Assembly (NCBI RefSeq): GCF_964204645.1
Contig: NC_134035.1
Span: 6,657,101 to 6,721,100 of the forward strand
Direction: 5' to 3'
DNA length: 64,000 nucleotides
From: Tubulanus polymorphus
Lineage: Eukaryota; Animalia; Nemertea
The notes beneath the pieces are model-generated. The model was given only the letters and a program-made list of their open reading frames with translations, did no database searches and was not told the origin of the DNA. Made by a program: the position numbers and the translations under genes. Numbering within the stretch: position 1 is the stretch's first letter; each line of letters opens with the position of its first letter. Of the stretch, positions 21,501 to 36,500 are shown one piece after another.

Positions 21501-24500
21501 TATATGGGATTTTGATCATAATATGTGGGATTATGAACAATGGGATATTGACTTATGGGATTTTGAATGTACACCCATTCAATCACTATCCATCACAAGT
21601 CCAATAAGCTGGGAGGCATCGAAGCTGTTAATTACCTTCAATTAACCAACATCATATGCAGTCCAATATATCCCTCAACCATTCTATGCTTTATTAGGCA
21701 AGATAAGACCATGGGCAACACATATGAACTATATTTCTGATACACTAGTTTATACGTCCATGATTGATTTGTCTTATGAGAATGATAATAGTAATAATTT
21801 TTTAAAAATTTTTAACATATAATATAGCTGCAAAGCAGCGATAACGGGTTTTCTGCACAGTCTTAGAATCCTGTTCAACGGTGGATATGACAAAGCATTT
21901 GATAAGGCACAACATCAGCCATTACTAAACAGGCTATTAGGAAACAGTATCAATGATAGGTCGCCCAAATGGCTCAGCAGTTATCTCTGAACGAAAACTT
22001 GTAGCCGAAATCAACGGAACGCCTCATCTTGGAATAAGTCGGTCAAACTAGTGGAGTCACGCAAGGTAGTATCCTAAGTTGCCTTCTGTTTAATGTCCTG
22101 ACAAATGACATACACAGTAATCCAACATATACCAGACCGAGTAAATTTCCAAATCGACCTTAACACACTGTTCGACCAAAAAACTTAATGTTCCAACCAG
22201 AAAATCTTGTTCGAATGAAAATAATTCTGTTTAATAATAAATTTAATAATAATAAATTTATTTCCACAATAAAATTACAACATGTCATAAAGAGATATAC
22301 AAATATGAAATGTTTTAATATAATGTGGAGGAGATTAGATGAAGCCAATGAAGGCTTATAAAATCGAACAATACGCTTTTTGCTTGAACCAAAAATTTTC
22401 TTCATTCTCACAAAAAATGTGTTCGAATAAAAAGCTATGTTATTGTTGAAATGAAAAATTTGGTTGAGCGAAAACAATTTTTTCAAACGAATGTTTGAAT
22501 GAAAACAATTCTGTTCGATTGAACGAAATACTTAATACTTTCGATTCGGAGAAAAAACTTTTTTCAATAAACTTGTTCGAACGAAAAACTTAATGTTCTG
22601 ACAAGAAAATTCTGTTCAAATTAAAACGATTCTGTTCGATTGAACGATTGTTCGAACGAAAAACCTTTCGTTTGGACAAAAAAAAGTTGGTTCTTGTTCT
22701 AACGATTTTTTCAAATTGGTTCAATCGAATAGAATATTATTGGTTCGAACGAAATAAATTTTGTTCCGACGAAAGAATTTTCAAGCGAAAGGTCTTTTGA
22801 ACGAAAAAAAAGATATTTCTGGTGCTCCGCAGTAACTTAAAGCCGGACGTAGGTTGGTCTTGTGACACGATGCGATCCTCGCGTTGCATCGCAAGTTTCG
22901 GTGCAAGTTGGTTGCGATACGATTGTGTGCGACTAGTTTCTGCCAGTCGCAAGAGCGCGTCGGTTGGTTGTGACAGTCGTGTCGCGTTGCAGAAAGTAGA
23001 ACACGTGCGACTCCTTGTGACTGGCGTTGCTGAAAGTCGCAACCCGTCGCAAGGGAGCGTAGGTCGATGAGTCGTGGCGACACAATCGTCGCTGGCGGTC
23101 GCAGTGATTGGCGTCGCTGGCGGTCGCAGTGATTGGCGTCGCAGTGAGTCACAAGCCGTCGCAAGGCCGACCTAAGCCGTCGCAAGGCTGACCTAAGCCC
23201 TGCTTATCGTGTCGCATCGCAAGTTTCGGTTCTAGTCGGTTGCGATACGATAGTGTGCGACTAGTTTCTGCCAGTCGCAAGAGCGCGTCGGTTGGTTGTG
23301 ACAGTCGTGTCGCGTCGCAGAAAGTAGAACACATGCGACTCTTGTGACTGGCGTTGCTGAAAGTCGCAACCCGTCGCAAGGGAGCGTAGGTCGATGAGTC
23401 GTTGCGACACAATCGTCGCTGGCGGTCGCTGTGAATGGCGTCGCAGTGAGTCACAAGCCGTCGCAAGGCCGAACTACGCCCTGCTTATCGTGTCGCATCG
23501 CAAGTTTCGGTTAAGTCGGTTGCGGTACGATTGTGTGCGACTAGTTTCTGCCAGTCGCAAGAGTGCGTCGGTTGGTTGTGACAGTAGTGTCGCGTCGCAG
23601 AAAGTAGAACACATGCGACTCTTGTGACTGGCGTTGCTGAAAGTCGCAACCCGTCGCAAGGGAGCGTAGGTCGATGAGTCGTTGCGACACAATCGTCGCT
23701 GGCGGTCGCTGTGAATGGCGTCGCAGTGAGTCACAAGCCGTCGCAAGGTCGACCTACGCCCTGCTTAAGTCATTAGGAATTAATGAAATACCAGTTTCAT
23801 TTATGATGAAAAAACTCAAATGAAAAGTCTGGCTCATAAAGCTGTCTGCTCAGACGAAATTTTCAAAAAAATCTTCATTTTTGGCAATAAAATTGATAAT
23901 TGTGATTGATAGTTGCAAATCACAACCAGTTAATCACTAATTAACATGCATTTTAATAAATCTGATTCCTCCTTTACAGTGAACTTAGCTTTAACCTAGT
24001 AGAGGCTACTAGCCTATGTAGGCCTATGTATATGCGTAGGCCTAACATCCGGACAGATTGGTCGTAGGCCTATTGAATAACAACCCACCTAAATATCGTA
24101 AATTTTGTTTTGAAGTTCAATCCAATGAGTCCGTTAATAAACGCAACAATTATACTGTGTTTATTTGAGACAGTAAAGCTCAGTACCGGTAGGCCTAAAG
24201 CCACGTAAAACTCGAGAAACACTTCAAGCGACACAGCGAACGATCTCCTTTCCCCCACAGCGAACGCTTACTCCGAATGTGACGAGTCCAGCATACGGAA
24301 AGGAGTGTGTTATATATTTGTATTTAGTAAATACCTTGTGCATTTGACAATGATCGGTATGTACTGTAGGAAATATCGAGTATTGATGGTATTGATATAG
24401 ATGTTGAAGCCCGTGGCCGAATAAAGTAATATATTCTTTTATTTTGATACCTCGTCGACATAACAGCTTTTTTCCGCTATATCTCTTCGGCGTGTTTCGT

Positions 24501-27500
24501 TTAGGCCTACGACTCCCCGGTACACTTATGATTATCTTAGTAAATACACGGTTAATTTGGTAAAGAAAAATAGGTATTGTTAAACTAACTGCTTGAAGCC
24601 CGCAACCAAATCACTGGTAGTAATAAATTAATTTGTACTCGATTCGATTCTCATGATGAGAAACTCGCAGCTGATCCCCGGAACGACGATGTAGTGACAC
24701 ACGTCGATTCGTCGATGTTTACGGCTCGACAGTGCTTTTAAAATCTAAAGTAGTAAATTTCCTGTATATCGGTAATATGATTTGATGAGGAAAATGGGCT
24801 ATTGTTAAAATTAGTTTTTAAAAACCGCGACAGACTGTGCAATCTCTGGATAATAAATTTGTTAATTTATGCTTGAATTGATAATCGACGTGACAAGAAA
24901 CGTGCGGTAGATTTCGTAAAGACGACTTAGAAAAACATGTCGGCTCTTTGAATGGGGCTCAATTTTTGATGTTTACGGCCCGACAGTGCTTTTGTAACGT
25001 TGATTCTTCAAAATTCGCACGGAGTATTTGTAGATCGAAGTGAGCTGAATGATATCAGACGGATTGTATCGGCAACAGCGGTAATGTAAAAAAGCCTATG
25101 TACTTTTGACAAAAAAAGTGTGGAAAAAAATAATAATAATAATAATAAGAAACACGCGAATCTCAATAGGGTTTTCTGTGATGTAACAGAAAACCCTAAA
25201 TATTTACACATCCGTTCACCTCAGCAAATTGATTATTTTTTATTCCTAAAAAAGTACCGTGTAGACACTAGGGAAAATGTCTAAGTGGGTGGGGGAATCC
25301 TCATATATAACAAGTGGACTGCCAATAATGGCTTAATAGTTTATGGTTATAAAACTAACTACGCCAAAAACGGCGGAATACGCCAGAAATGGCAAATGTT
25401 TTATGTGTACCCATGGCAACGTTTACTTGAAAACTTTATAATAGTTTTTAAAACTGGTTCCCACATTTATTTTTAACAAAAATCATGATTAATAAACTTG
25501 TTTCATGCTATAGTAGTTTTGAGAGTTTTCCCGGAGTTTTTGGGCTTCATATGACATAATCATTTAGAAAAACGTAATGGGATTGACTTGTGGGATTTTG
25601 ATTTATGGGATTTTGAACGTACACCAATTGAATGAATTGGTGGCCCATGACGTAACAACACTCAAAATCAATACAGCCGTATCTAGACTCATTTCAAAAT
25701 AAAACAAACATTGTCGAAACAATTTGGGATATATGTACACATGTATATATTTATTACATAGAATACAGGTATACAGAAAGAACAGAATTTAAATACAGTT
25801 GCCATCGGAAATTCTGTTATTTATATGTAATTCTTTCTTGAAGCCTGAAATGGATCAATGAGATTAATTTTTCAGCGCAAATATACAAATGTATGCCAGC
25901 AGAAAAGCGATGATGTCATAATAGGGACTCCCATTGAACTAAGCACTATAAATAGCACCTGTAAAACTAAGCTAAAAACGCCGTTTCTGGCGATGTATTT
26001 TTAAAAACTAGGCTAACAGCTGAAAACGGTGGAAATGGCGTTTTTAAAGAACAAGCCAAAAATGGCAGAAAACGCCGATTTCGGCTAAATTGGCAGAAGC
26101 AGTTTGAAACTAGGTAATCCATAAACGGCTGATTCTGCCGTTATTGGCGGAAAACGCCGAAATTGGCAGAATAAGCCGTTGGAATCGAGAATTTATTTAT
26201 TCAAACAATCTAAAATGTAAAATACACATCGTTTTCGATCTCACCCTAGAGATCATCGTCAGTTGTGAGATATTGACTAAAAACGGGTATATATACAGAG
26301 GAGAACAGGTTAATTGAGTAAATTAGTGAGTAAATAATTAGTGTTTGGCAAAGTTTTGGTGTGGCAAGTGTTTGACGATGATCTCTAGGGTGAGATCTAA
26401 AGTTGTGTATTTTATATTTTAGATTGTTTGAATAAATAGATTCTGGATTTTAAAATTCTTTTAATTTGTACTGGGTTTTTATCTTATTATCCGTTCACCA
26501 CGTTTTGAGTGTGGTTATCATACTATCGCCATAGGCTATTACAGTTTTTCTATGTCATCAATTAGAAAGCCAATACCGGTTCCTTAGTACAGTGTAATTA
26601 TCTCATGGCTTGACAGATGTTTGAGAAAAATCAAGTGAACTTGAACTGATCTTAAACTTCAGATAGTGGCTGCACATCAATACAGTCACATGAACATTAG
26701 GCCTACATTAAACTAAATCTACCAATCAAATAAATAATCCTGTTTTATTTCAATCCCTATTTTGAGATCAAGAAAAAGGATTGGCTAAATGACTGAGATT
26801 GTCTACATTGAGGGTTTGAGTTTCTAACATTGTAATATTCATGTTTATAGTTGGAGGTATTTACACAGTGATTAAATCGAAGGCAGCAGTGAGTACTGAT
26901 GAACTCGGCGACCAATATTTCCTACTGGGTCCGTATAATGAGGCATGCGTACGTACAGAGGTAGAAGTGATGGAACCTGTGCAGCCAGCTCTCAGACAGA
27001 CCCTCGCTCAGATGAGAGATCATGGATTAAAGGTATGTATTATTCGAAGTATGCTGTTAGGAATAAGTCAAGGATACTATGATTGGACAATGTAGGGTAG
27101 CCAGTAAAATACCGTAGTGATCAATGGTTCTTGGTCTTAGAATATGCTCAGCGAAGGATGAATAAAGTGTTTTTGATTGTTTTTAGGTGGTATATGGCAG
27201 GTGGTTAATCGATGGTTATCCACAGGTTGTTTTATTCGATATTGGTTCCGCCGCATGGAAAATGGATGAGTGGAAACGTGAACTGTTTGATTCATCGCAT
27301 ATTGGAGTTCCGTGGCACGACCGAGAGGCTAACGATGCTATAATATTCGGTGCACTCGTCGCTTGGTTTCTCGGCGAGGTTCGTATGATATCCATAGTAG
27401 ATTTTCATATTGGCCTATTTTCTTATAACGGTCGAGTACTGCTGACTGATAGCGGTGCCTAGTCCGTTAACCTTGTTTGTTTTGGGCCTGTACTGCTGCC

Positions 27501-30500
27501 TAGTGTATGATATATGCATCACTTGTCTAAACTAAGGCATGCCCCTTGTTAATCCAAGTTGGCGGCCACAGACATATTTCAGTGAAAAAGCTTTGAGTTT
27601 GTAAAATTTTCCATTTTCAGTTTAAGAAGAACGTGAGTGGAGGACCGTTGATTTTAGCTCATTTTCACGAATGGCTCGCCGGCATTGGACTGATACTGTG
27701 TCGAACTAGGAGTCTCGGTATCGCGACTGTTTTCACGACGCACGCTACGTTACTCGGCCGATATTTGTGTGCGGGGAACGTAGATTTCTATAATAATTTA
27801 GACAAGGTGAGGATCATTAAGGCCTATTTTATTTCCCTCGGTGGTATGAGTGAGTAGTTTGAATAGCCGACGGGATATCGGGTCGTGGGCCTTCAATCCT
27901 GTATACATTACCGCAGTATTCCTAGGCAAGACACATCCTCATTGTCTCTCTCCACTCAGGAGTAAGTGAGTATTTGGTAGTGTCTGATAGTATGGTATGG
28001 TATGGTAGTGTTTGGTAGTATTTGATGACTGTATTTACTTCAATTCATATTTTTTGCAGTTCAATATTGACAAAGAGGCTGGCGACCGAGGCATATACCA
28101 TCGATACTGCATGGAACGTGGCGCTGTGCATTGTGCTCATGTATTTACTACTGTGTCACGTATAACGGGACTAGAAAGTCAGCATTTACTTAAAAGACAG
28201 CCAGGTATACATACTGTTAGTTTGAATTGTGTGCTTCAGTTATTGTATGTATTGAAGTGAGCCAAACCTTTTGGCAAATGATGACAACTTATCCCTTACT
28301 AAGTTAATCATCGGAACTGGTTGGTGCAGAACCAATACCTACTAGCCTTGAATGTCTATTGTATTAAGGGAATTCTGGGGAGACATCTTTTCTAGAAGAG
28401 TCTTATGCCACTTAATGAAATAATGATTTTAATGTACTGAATGATATATAAAATCCAAATGTCTGTCTTAAGAAGATTATATTTGCCACTGTTGCACGGT
28501 GTTTCGCATGCGTGCTTCTATAGCTAAATTTCATTGCTTTTATTATTAGTTCAGTCAACGTCTCTGCTGCTTCGATATTGTCGCCTACTTACTGCACCAG
28601 TACACCGTATTAAATAGACCTATCATAAAAACCACGACGTTTTTAGCTTTTGTGTACCACACGTATCCCCTTTTCAGTTCAGAGCCTGCTTATGGGGGAT
28701 ATCGTCGCCAAAAGTTTCTGTTTGTTTTTTAGTTGCGCTGAAGGTATATTCTGTTTGTAGATATTATACTGCCAAACGGCCTAAACGTGAAGCGGTTTCC
28801 CGCTTTACACGAATTCCAAAATCTACACGCCATCGCTAAGGATAAGATCAACGATTTTATCCGTGGTCATTTCCATGGGTATGTAATTGCAGTGTCCCAA
28901 TCTGTCTGTACTGTGTGTGTTCGTTACCATAGCAAATTAACAAATACCAGTAGAATTTTACTGATTTCCAATTTGAAGCATCGATTGTTTCGCTGGCCAA
29001 AAACCTGCAGAGCTGATCACCAGCTCACGATTTTCCGTGTTTTTTTCCCATTTACTGGAGAAATAGTGGTTTGATTCATTTGATACTTGTACAAAAATGT
29101 AAAAATGTAAAGGACCTGTTTCCCATGATTTATTTAGGAACTTTATTTTCAACTTACTCAATGCAATTTCTAAAAAGGTTGGCAGCCCTGGACATGTGAC
29201 TACATGTACTGGCAACAGTTTGGTAAACACTCGATGCTTTCAAATTGATATCAATTCAATCTCACGCCTGTCGTGCTTATCGAATTAAAGAGCAACTCTG
29301 CTCCGCACGGATGGACATCAGCACATTCCTCTGAAAATAACTTCTTTTATGTAGTGTTATTAACTTTCAAATGAGGTTAAACTGGAGACTGTTATATCGA
29401 TTGTTAAAAGATATGTAATATCCTGGCCCATGGATTAGATTTTTTGAAATCCGTTCTCATGAGAGTTAAAATTAGCTAATTTCGTGTAGTAATGACTCTG
29501 ATTTTAGATAGTGTATGAGCACTCCTTCTTTCCACTTGTCATTTATCAGAGCTGAAGGTTCTGTTCAAGTATAGCAGTTTCCAGTGAAAACAGTCTTCAT
29601 AAGGTTGTTCATTCTGATTGCCCCTCTTCTCCTCAAATTATAGCATATTCCCACCGCTCTTTATCATACAGTCCTCCTTAATTCAGATGTGGTGACGCCC
29701 AATGGTTTAAACGTAATCAAATTTTCGGCAGTACATGAGTTTCAGAATCTGCATGCTAAAGCTAAGGAAAAGATAAGCGATTTTGTGCGTGGCCATTTCT
29801 ATGGGTGAGTAGCGTAAGCGCATGCATTTTTTTCTATTCTCAGCAACGATATTAGAACACAAAACAGAATGATTCAAGATTTTTATTTCCAATTTTATTA
29901 AAATGGAACAAATATTCATTTAACACGTTCACAGTCAGTGATTAGATAAAGGGTGCACTGCATTTTACTAGTCATAGATGTTACATTAAAGCCTAGTTTC
30001 TCGAGAAAACTGACAATGGCTAGAACCAAACTAAAAAATTTGGCAGGACAGAGAAAACACAATCTGATTTATGGGGTTAGGTCATGATTGGTGCACGCTA
30101 AACAAAATTTAACATGAGATGACAGTCATATGACTTTCTACTTAAGTTAACTGCTTGTGCTGGACATGTTGTCATTAGGTGCATTATCTCTATATGCCTA
30201 CCCCGGTTTTACCGTTTTTACGGTTTATGTTGACGTCCACTGTGCACCCCGTAAAATATGGCTACTTCAGCAGCCATCTTGAATTTCTAGTTTGAATGAT
30301 ACAGCCTGCAATATTTGATGGATATCCATGAAACTTGATGCGAGAATGAAGCCAGGTTTTATATACGTATTCCGGACTTGAACCGAATATTCTTTCTAAG
30401 TCAATGAATGATTAGGTGAACTTCGTGTTTTTCTATGGAAGTATGCAATATGTTATGCTGTTTGCTTACCCGGGTAGACATAGGTGGCGTTGCCACATCC

Positions 30501-33500
30501 TAGTGAATTTCAAATCTAGACTATAATTCCTTGATTCGTGCCCTATGGATAACAGTGGAACCTCGTAATAATGAACTTCAGGGGCCTGAAAATATGTTTA
30601 TCTATGGCTGATAGTTTGCCATGAAATTATCAAAATTGTCCTGTTTTAGATGAAATTCTAGGTTGTAATAAACTGTAATATCTGCTATTACCAGGTTCCA
30701 CTGCCTAATACCATTTTAGTATTTGAAGCAATCATATGGTACTGGGTTATCTATATCTGATACTTTGATATGATACATCAAAGTATCAGATATAGAGTTG
30801 TATTGTATAGCCAATATTATATGGTGACTGGGCTTGTCTTGGACACGTGTGACTGTTAGGTTATGTCTGTGTGTGATGTTGAAAACTTGTAGAAAGAATA
30901 CACAAACATTTTTTATTGCAGTGAAACCCATTCAATTTGAATCCAGATAAATTCAACTCATTACAAGGAATTTTATAAGAAATTCAGTTAAAAATGATAC
31001 TGATTAATGCTGCACTATTGATTATCTTTATATCATAATTTTATCGTTCATTTGTATCGAAGAAAATTGGAAGTTGTTTTTCAAGATTAAAGTGCTTACT
31101 GCTTAATGAATACCTGTATTTTTATCTTATATTATCTTGTGCATATATTTCAGACACTACGATTTCGACTTGGATAAAACCCTATATTTTTTCATCGCTG
31201 GTCGCTATGAATTTAGTAACAAAGGTGCTGACATGTTCATAGAATCATTAGCTAGGTTAAATTATTACTTAAAGGTATGTACAATCGTGAGTCTATTTGG
31301 AAATTTACTTCACATGTATAGCTCTAGTTTGCAGTGTACATGTACGTATATCGTGAATCTATAAGTGAAACTCCGTGCACTAGAACAGAAACCCCGAGGT
31401 GCCTGCTAAACCTGTTCTCGCTGCCTTGCAGCTATACTTGGTTTATTATTCTTAATCTTCAAATTTTCATCGAGAAATAATAATATCACGATTAGTTATT
31501 TATTTCAGTCAGCCGGTAGTGAAACGACAGTCGTAGCCTTTCTCATCTTCCCGGCTAAAACGAACAACTTCAATGTGGAATCACTGCGAGGACAGGCGAT
31601 CGCGAAGCAACTGCGCGAAACAGTCGCGCAAGTACAACACAGTATAGGCAAACGCGTGTTCGATATTTGTCTAAGGTTCATTAATTTCTGTTTTCAGTGC
31701 TCTCGGTTTCCGGACGAAAACATTTTTTCAGCTAAAATTGTGGTCGTGAAAAATAGCCTTTCTTCCATTGTGAATTATTTATTTTTAGAGGTGCTATCCC
31801 TACGGGGGATGATATTTTACAACGTGATGATGTAGTGAAATTAAAAAGATGTATCTTTGCTGCACAGGTAAATTTAGCAAAAAAGATACTGAATCATGAG
31901 ATCATTTGATTAGCACCAAATTTATTCAGCAAATCCGTTGGCATCAGACTTGCATAAATGCTTTTCAATCACTGCTGGTTCTACAATTTTCTTTCGATCT
32001 TTCTTTTGCCATCAAACGAAACCCAGCAGAGCTTTCTCAGCCGAGAGGCTGCTTGTTTCAAAGTGGTTAACGATACTTTCTCAATCATTATCCTCAGTTC
32101 CCTCCTTCATCTCCGAGTACCCATATCCTCTAACAATTTTATTCATTAGAACACTGATGCTTGATGTGTGAGTGGATTTTTGTAATTTCAGCGTCACAGT
32201 TTACCACCAGTTTGTACTCATAATGTCTGTGAAGATGCTGCGGACCCAGTTTTAAATTGTATTCGCCGTTGTCAACTGTTCAACAACAGAAACGATCGAG
32301 TCAAGGTATATTTCATTTTGCTTCGAATCTTCCATTCAGGACCCAGTTCTGTAATTTTGTCTTCACACCTGGGCCTAGTCGTACAATTGTGGCTTAAGTA
32401 AAAGATTGGTTAGGCTGGCTTACGAACCTGTAAGGCTGGAGAGTGCAAATTCTTCTGTTATTCTTGTAGATTGTTTTCCATCCAGAATTTTTGAATTCAA
32501 CGAATCCGCTGTTTGGTTTAGACTACGAGGAATTCGTGCGAGGCTGTCATTTAGGCGTTTTCCCATCGTATTATGAACCGTGGGGCTATACTCCTGGTAT
32601 GTTAAACTGATAGAAATGAACCACATGCAAAATCCCATCCGTCGTTGTAAAAATGGCTGCCTCTTAAAACCCGATGATGTCATTTGCAAAATGGTAGTAG
32701 TTGATATAATCGAAGGAGTATGGGGTTATGTTTTACTGGGGAGTTTTGTACTTACTCCATCTGCTGCAGTAGTTTTCCAGTTAAAGTAAAATGGAAGGTT
32801 GTTTGTCCCGACAACTGATATTTCCAGTTATGTGCTGTGATTTAAAACAAAAATTCAAGTGAATATGAGTTTATAGTTCGGAATTAACTAAGGAAATACA
32901 CTATGAATATTGGGACTTCCCCAGTAAGATATTCAGAGGGCCAGTAACAAATTAAATCCACTCCGATCTTTACTTTCATCTAACGCTGATGGATGTTAAC
33001 AAATATCTATATAGATGCACTTATTTGTTTTGCAGCTGAATGTACTGTTATGGGTATTCCTAGTATAACCACTAATCTATCGGGTTTCGGTTGTTTCATG
33101 GCGGAACATATCGCTGACCCGATGTCATACGGTATTTACATAGTGGATCGTCGTTTTAGAAATCCTGACGAATCAGTCAATCAACTAGCGCAAGTAAGTA
33201 CATGTACTGTAACATCATTTCAACACATGCATGTACGTTATGAATGAGATCAGTTAACAGTCTGATGAATATCAGACAATCATACAGGTTGCCCTTAGGT
33301 TGTTTCAACAACAAAGGCTAGATATTACACACATTTTTATGGATTATTAATCTAGTTAATCCGTTATGAGAGGGTTAAACAAAATTCCCTAGATTTGATT
33401 GTACTGTTATAGTCTCTAAAAGAGCTGTTCTATACAGTAGACATGATTGAATATTGTTTTTTTGTGTGTATTTTCAGTATATGTTTGATTTCTCGTGTTT

Positions 33501-36500
33501 ATCCAGAAGACAAAGGATCATACAACGCAATAGAACTGAAAGATTGAGTGAATTACTTGACTGGAAAAACCTAGGAGTGGTGAGTACACTGTGAAGGGTC
33601 GAGAACTGAACTGTTAGAACTAGGCTCTAGATATTCCTCCGATGACTACCTTAAACAGTAATGCTCCCAGCATCTGATACTTTGGTAAATCAGGAAATCA
33701 TGGAACTAATGAACAACCTACAACTTAACCCTTTAAACTCGACCTGCTGGTTTTATGGCAACCACCTTCTTAATTATAAATTACTTTCTTAATTAATCAT
33801 TAATTACTTTATTCCCTAGGAGCCAATCAGCAATCACAATGTAAAATACTAATCGTGCTTCCAGTAAGCTGGTTTATATCAAAATCTTTCAGTTTTTAGC
33901 CCGTTGGGACTTGAATCCCTGCGGGTTATTGCGTTCACTTTTCATCTGTCCAACGCTCCACTGTAATGTCTTGATATTAGGTTTACACATGTATCTACCC
34001 TAGACACATCTTCAGCCAAAAAAACTGGCCCGGTCAGATTCAAGATGGCCGACTGGCAACCATTGCTGTTCAAGCCAGTTAAATTAATCTCATAACTGTG
34101 GAACTATCTCCAGAATAGAAGAATTACTTTCATTCTTACTGTAACTTGTAGTTGTGATTATATTTCAGTATTACAGAAGAGCTCGTCAATTAGCGCTTGC
34201 TAAAACTCATCCGGATCTGTTTTCTGCTGATACAGCATCTGTAAGTTACATTTATATACACATATATACCAGCAAGCCGATGTTATGATCTAACAGTAGT
34301 AACAGTTTTATTCATCTGCACTTCATGATCATTGTGTTCATGATGATTGTGTATTTCTATCATCATTTTGCAATTTAATCATACATTCATCACTTGTTCT
34401 CTGATGCACAACCTGGTACAATTTGTCTTTATAGGAAAATCCCCTGTACTGCAACTGATTCATAAATTGCCTGCCATTCTTATAGTATTTAGTACGCGAC
34501 TGTAGGAGACTACTTCACGTAGCATTTTCCAAGGGCTACATTTTTGGAAAATCACCTTTATTTTTCAGCCACTATTAAGACGTTGATGTAGGATGATAGT
34601 TGGCTATATATTACCAGGCCCCATTTCTATTTTGGAAAATTGAAAAATCACCATGAAATACTTGGGAAAACATAATAATTTTGGATTCATTTATCGTGGC
34701 AACGATTTCGTATATTATTACTTGGAATGATAATTGATTGGTATTCATATCTTTGTAGCACAACCCCAAATAGTTTTTAGATCTATTGAGTCTGAACTCG
34801 TGTGCATAAGATTCAACAGAATTTTTTTTTAGAATGCAGATTAGTTTTATTTCAATCAAATTGATATACATCATCGCTTGTGTGTGGAATTGATTTTTGC
34901 CCGAATGTTGTGCTTTGTTTTATTTTTACTGTAGATCTGTTGTAGTCATTTTAGATTGTAGCGTTTGTTTATTTATGATCTGTGTGTATGATATAGGCCC
35001 CATCAGGTGACGACGAAGAAGGTGTCATTGATTATGCTCTAACTGATCAAATCATCAAATCCAAAACAAAGAAAAAGGTAGCAAATTTTGGTGGCAGTAC
35101 TTGAATGATATCCACAAAATCCATCCATGACTGCCTATCCTGTAATTTATTTATCACTATTACCTATTGGTGATTATTGATTAGGTATAAGTTATATTCT
35201 AAATACAGGCATCAATCAGGACCCATTCAGACATTCGCTACTTTATGACTGTTCTTCCAATTTTGATCATCCAGACTTGACCTGTGTTCAAGGCCTGATC
35301 TTTTTAATTGAAAATGAACTACGAACACCCGACGTTGATGCAGCTGTTAATGAACCCCCAGCTTACGCGCTTGATTCTACAACCATAGTTGGGGTGGTCC
35401 ACTCGACCACAAATCTATTTCACAGATCCTATATACTAGCTATCCCTGTTCATTCACCTCCACTTGATGCATTTGCTTCGAGAGATTCTTATTGCACTCA
35501 ACCTTGACTCACCAATACGTTTATTGTTGTTAAACTGAAAATGATAATTACTTGCTCTTGTAAAGCGCATGCCAATCATTTTTAGGGACTGCTGTTAAAG
35601 CATCTGATTTCTCAACTTGCTACATGTATATGCTGTTTGAGTATGTCCATGATTTAATGCTTTAATGCTTCTGATATATTAGGGATATATGCATATGGCA
35701 AAGGACAAACATTTTTGGCATGGTCCTCACGTTTAAGCATAGCAGGGCTGTGTAACCTGCTATTACAGCCTGTTGAGACCAATGCAAGCCAGATTCACAT
35801 ATTTCCATTCATTGGGGACTCATTGGATAAGCTAGGGGTTCATCCAATTAATTGACAACTGCATAAGTCATTTTATCATATAACTTTCATAAAGCAAGAA
35901 GTTAAACATTCCAATTCCAAGTTGGTGTTGATACCTGTATTAAGCAAGAGAGGACTGAAATATTTTGGATTTAGCTCAAAATTTTGATTAGGCCAAAACA
36001 AAATATATGTGTGGTTAAAGTTGCCCGACTGACCGTAAAAATAACATGCGATTCAAAATCATTTATCCTTATAAAACTTCAAATATAAGTTCCCTTCTCT
36101 GACAATACTAAGGGACCAACTGTAACTGTAATCAATTACAAAGTTTTAGCATATGACATGTTTTATGATCATAGGTCATTCGTTTTTGTATGGTCACCAG
36201 GGGGCATTGAACGCAAAAAAATTCTAGGCCATGCATGCATATATACAGGGTGTCTCAAAAAATGTGTTACCGTGGCTTAAAGATCGATTATTCATTACTA
36301 TAATTGAAATAGATTTTTTGGGATGATGTTGGTAGACCTGGATGTTTACTCAAGGTTGGAATGTTTAAATGCAAGAAATAAGTCATGCATGGCTGAGCAT
36401 ACCATGTTTTTAAATGGTGCTGAAAATGGAATCGTACCAATACAAAAAATAAGGATAATTGCACAATATACATTTGTTGATAAATGTTCCGCTTTCACTT

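Noticed and set aside
22737-23746. Several overlapping Arg/Cys-rich ORFs; possible CRISPR-like array
   Set aside because: They arise from a GC-rich 280-bp tandem repeat. There are no unique spacers and the context is eukaryotic.
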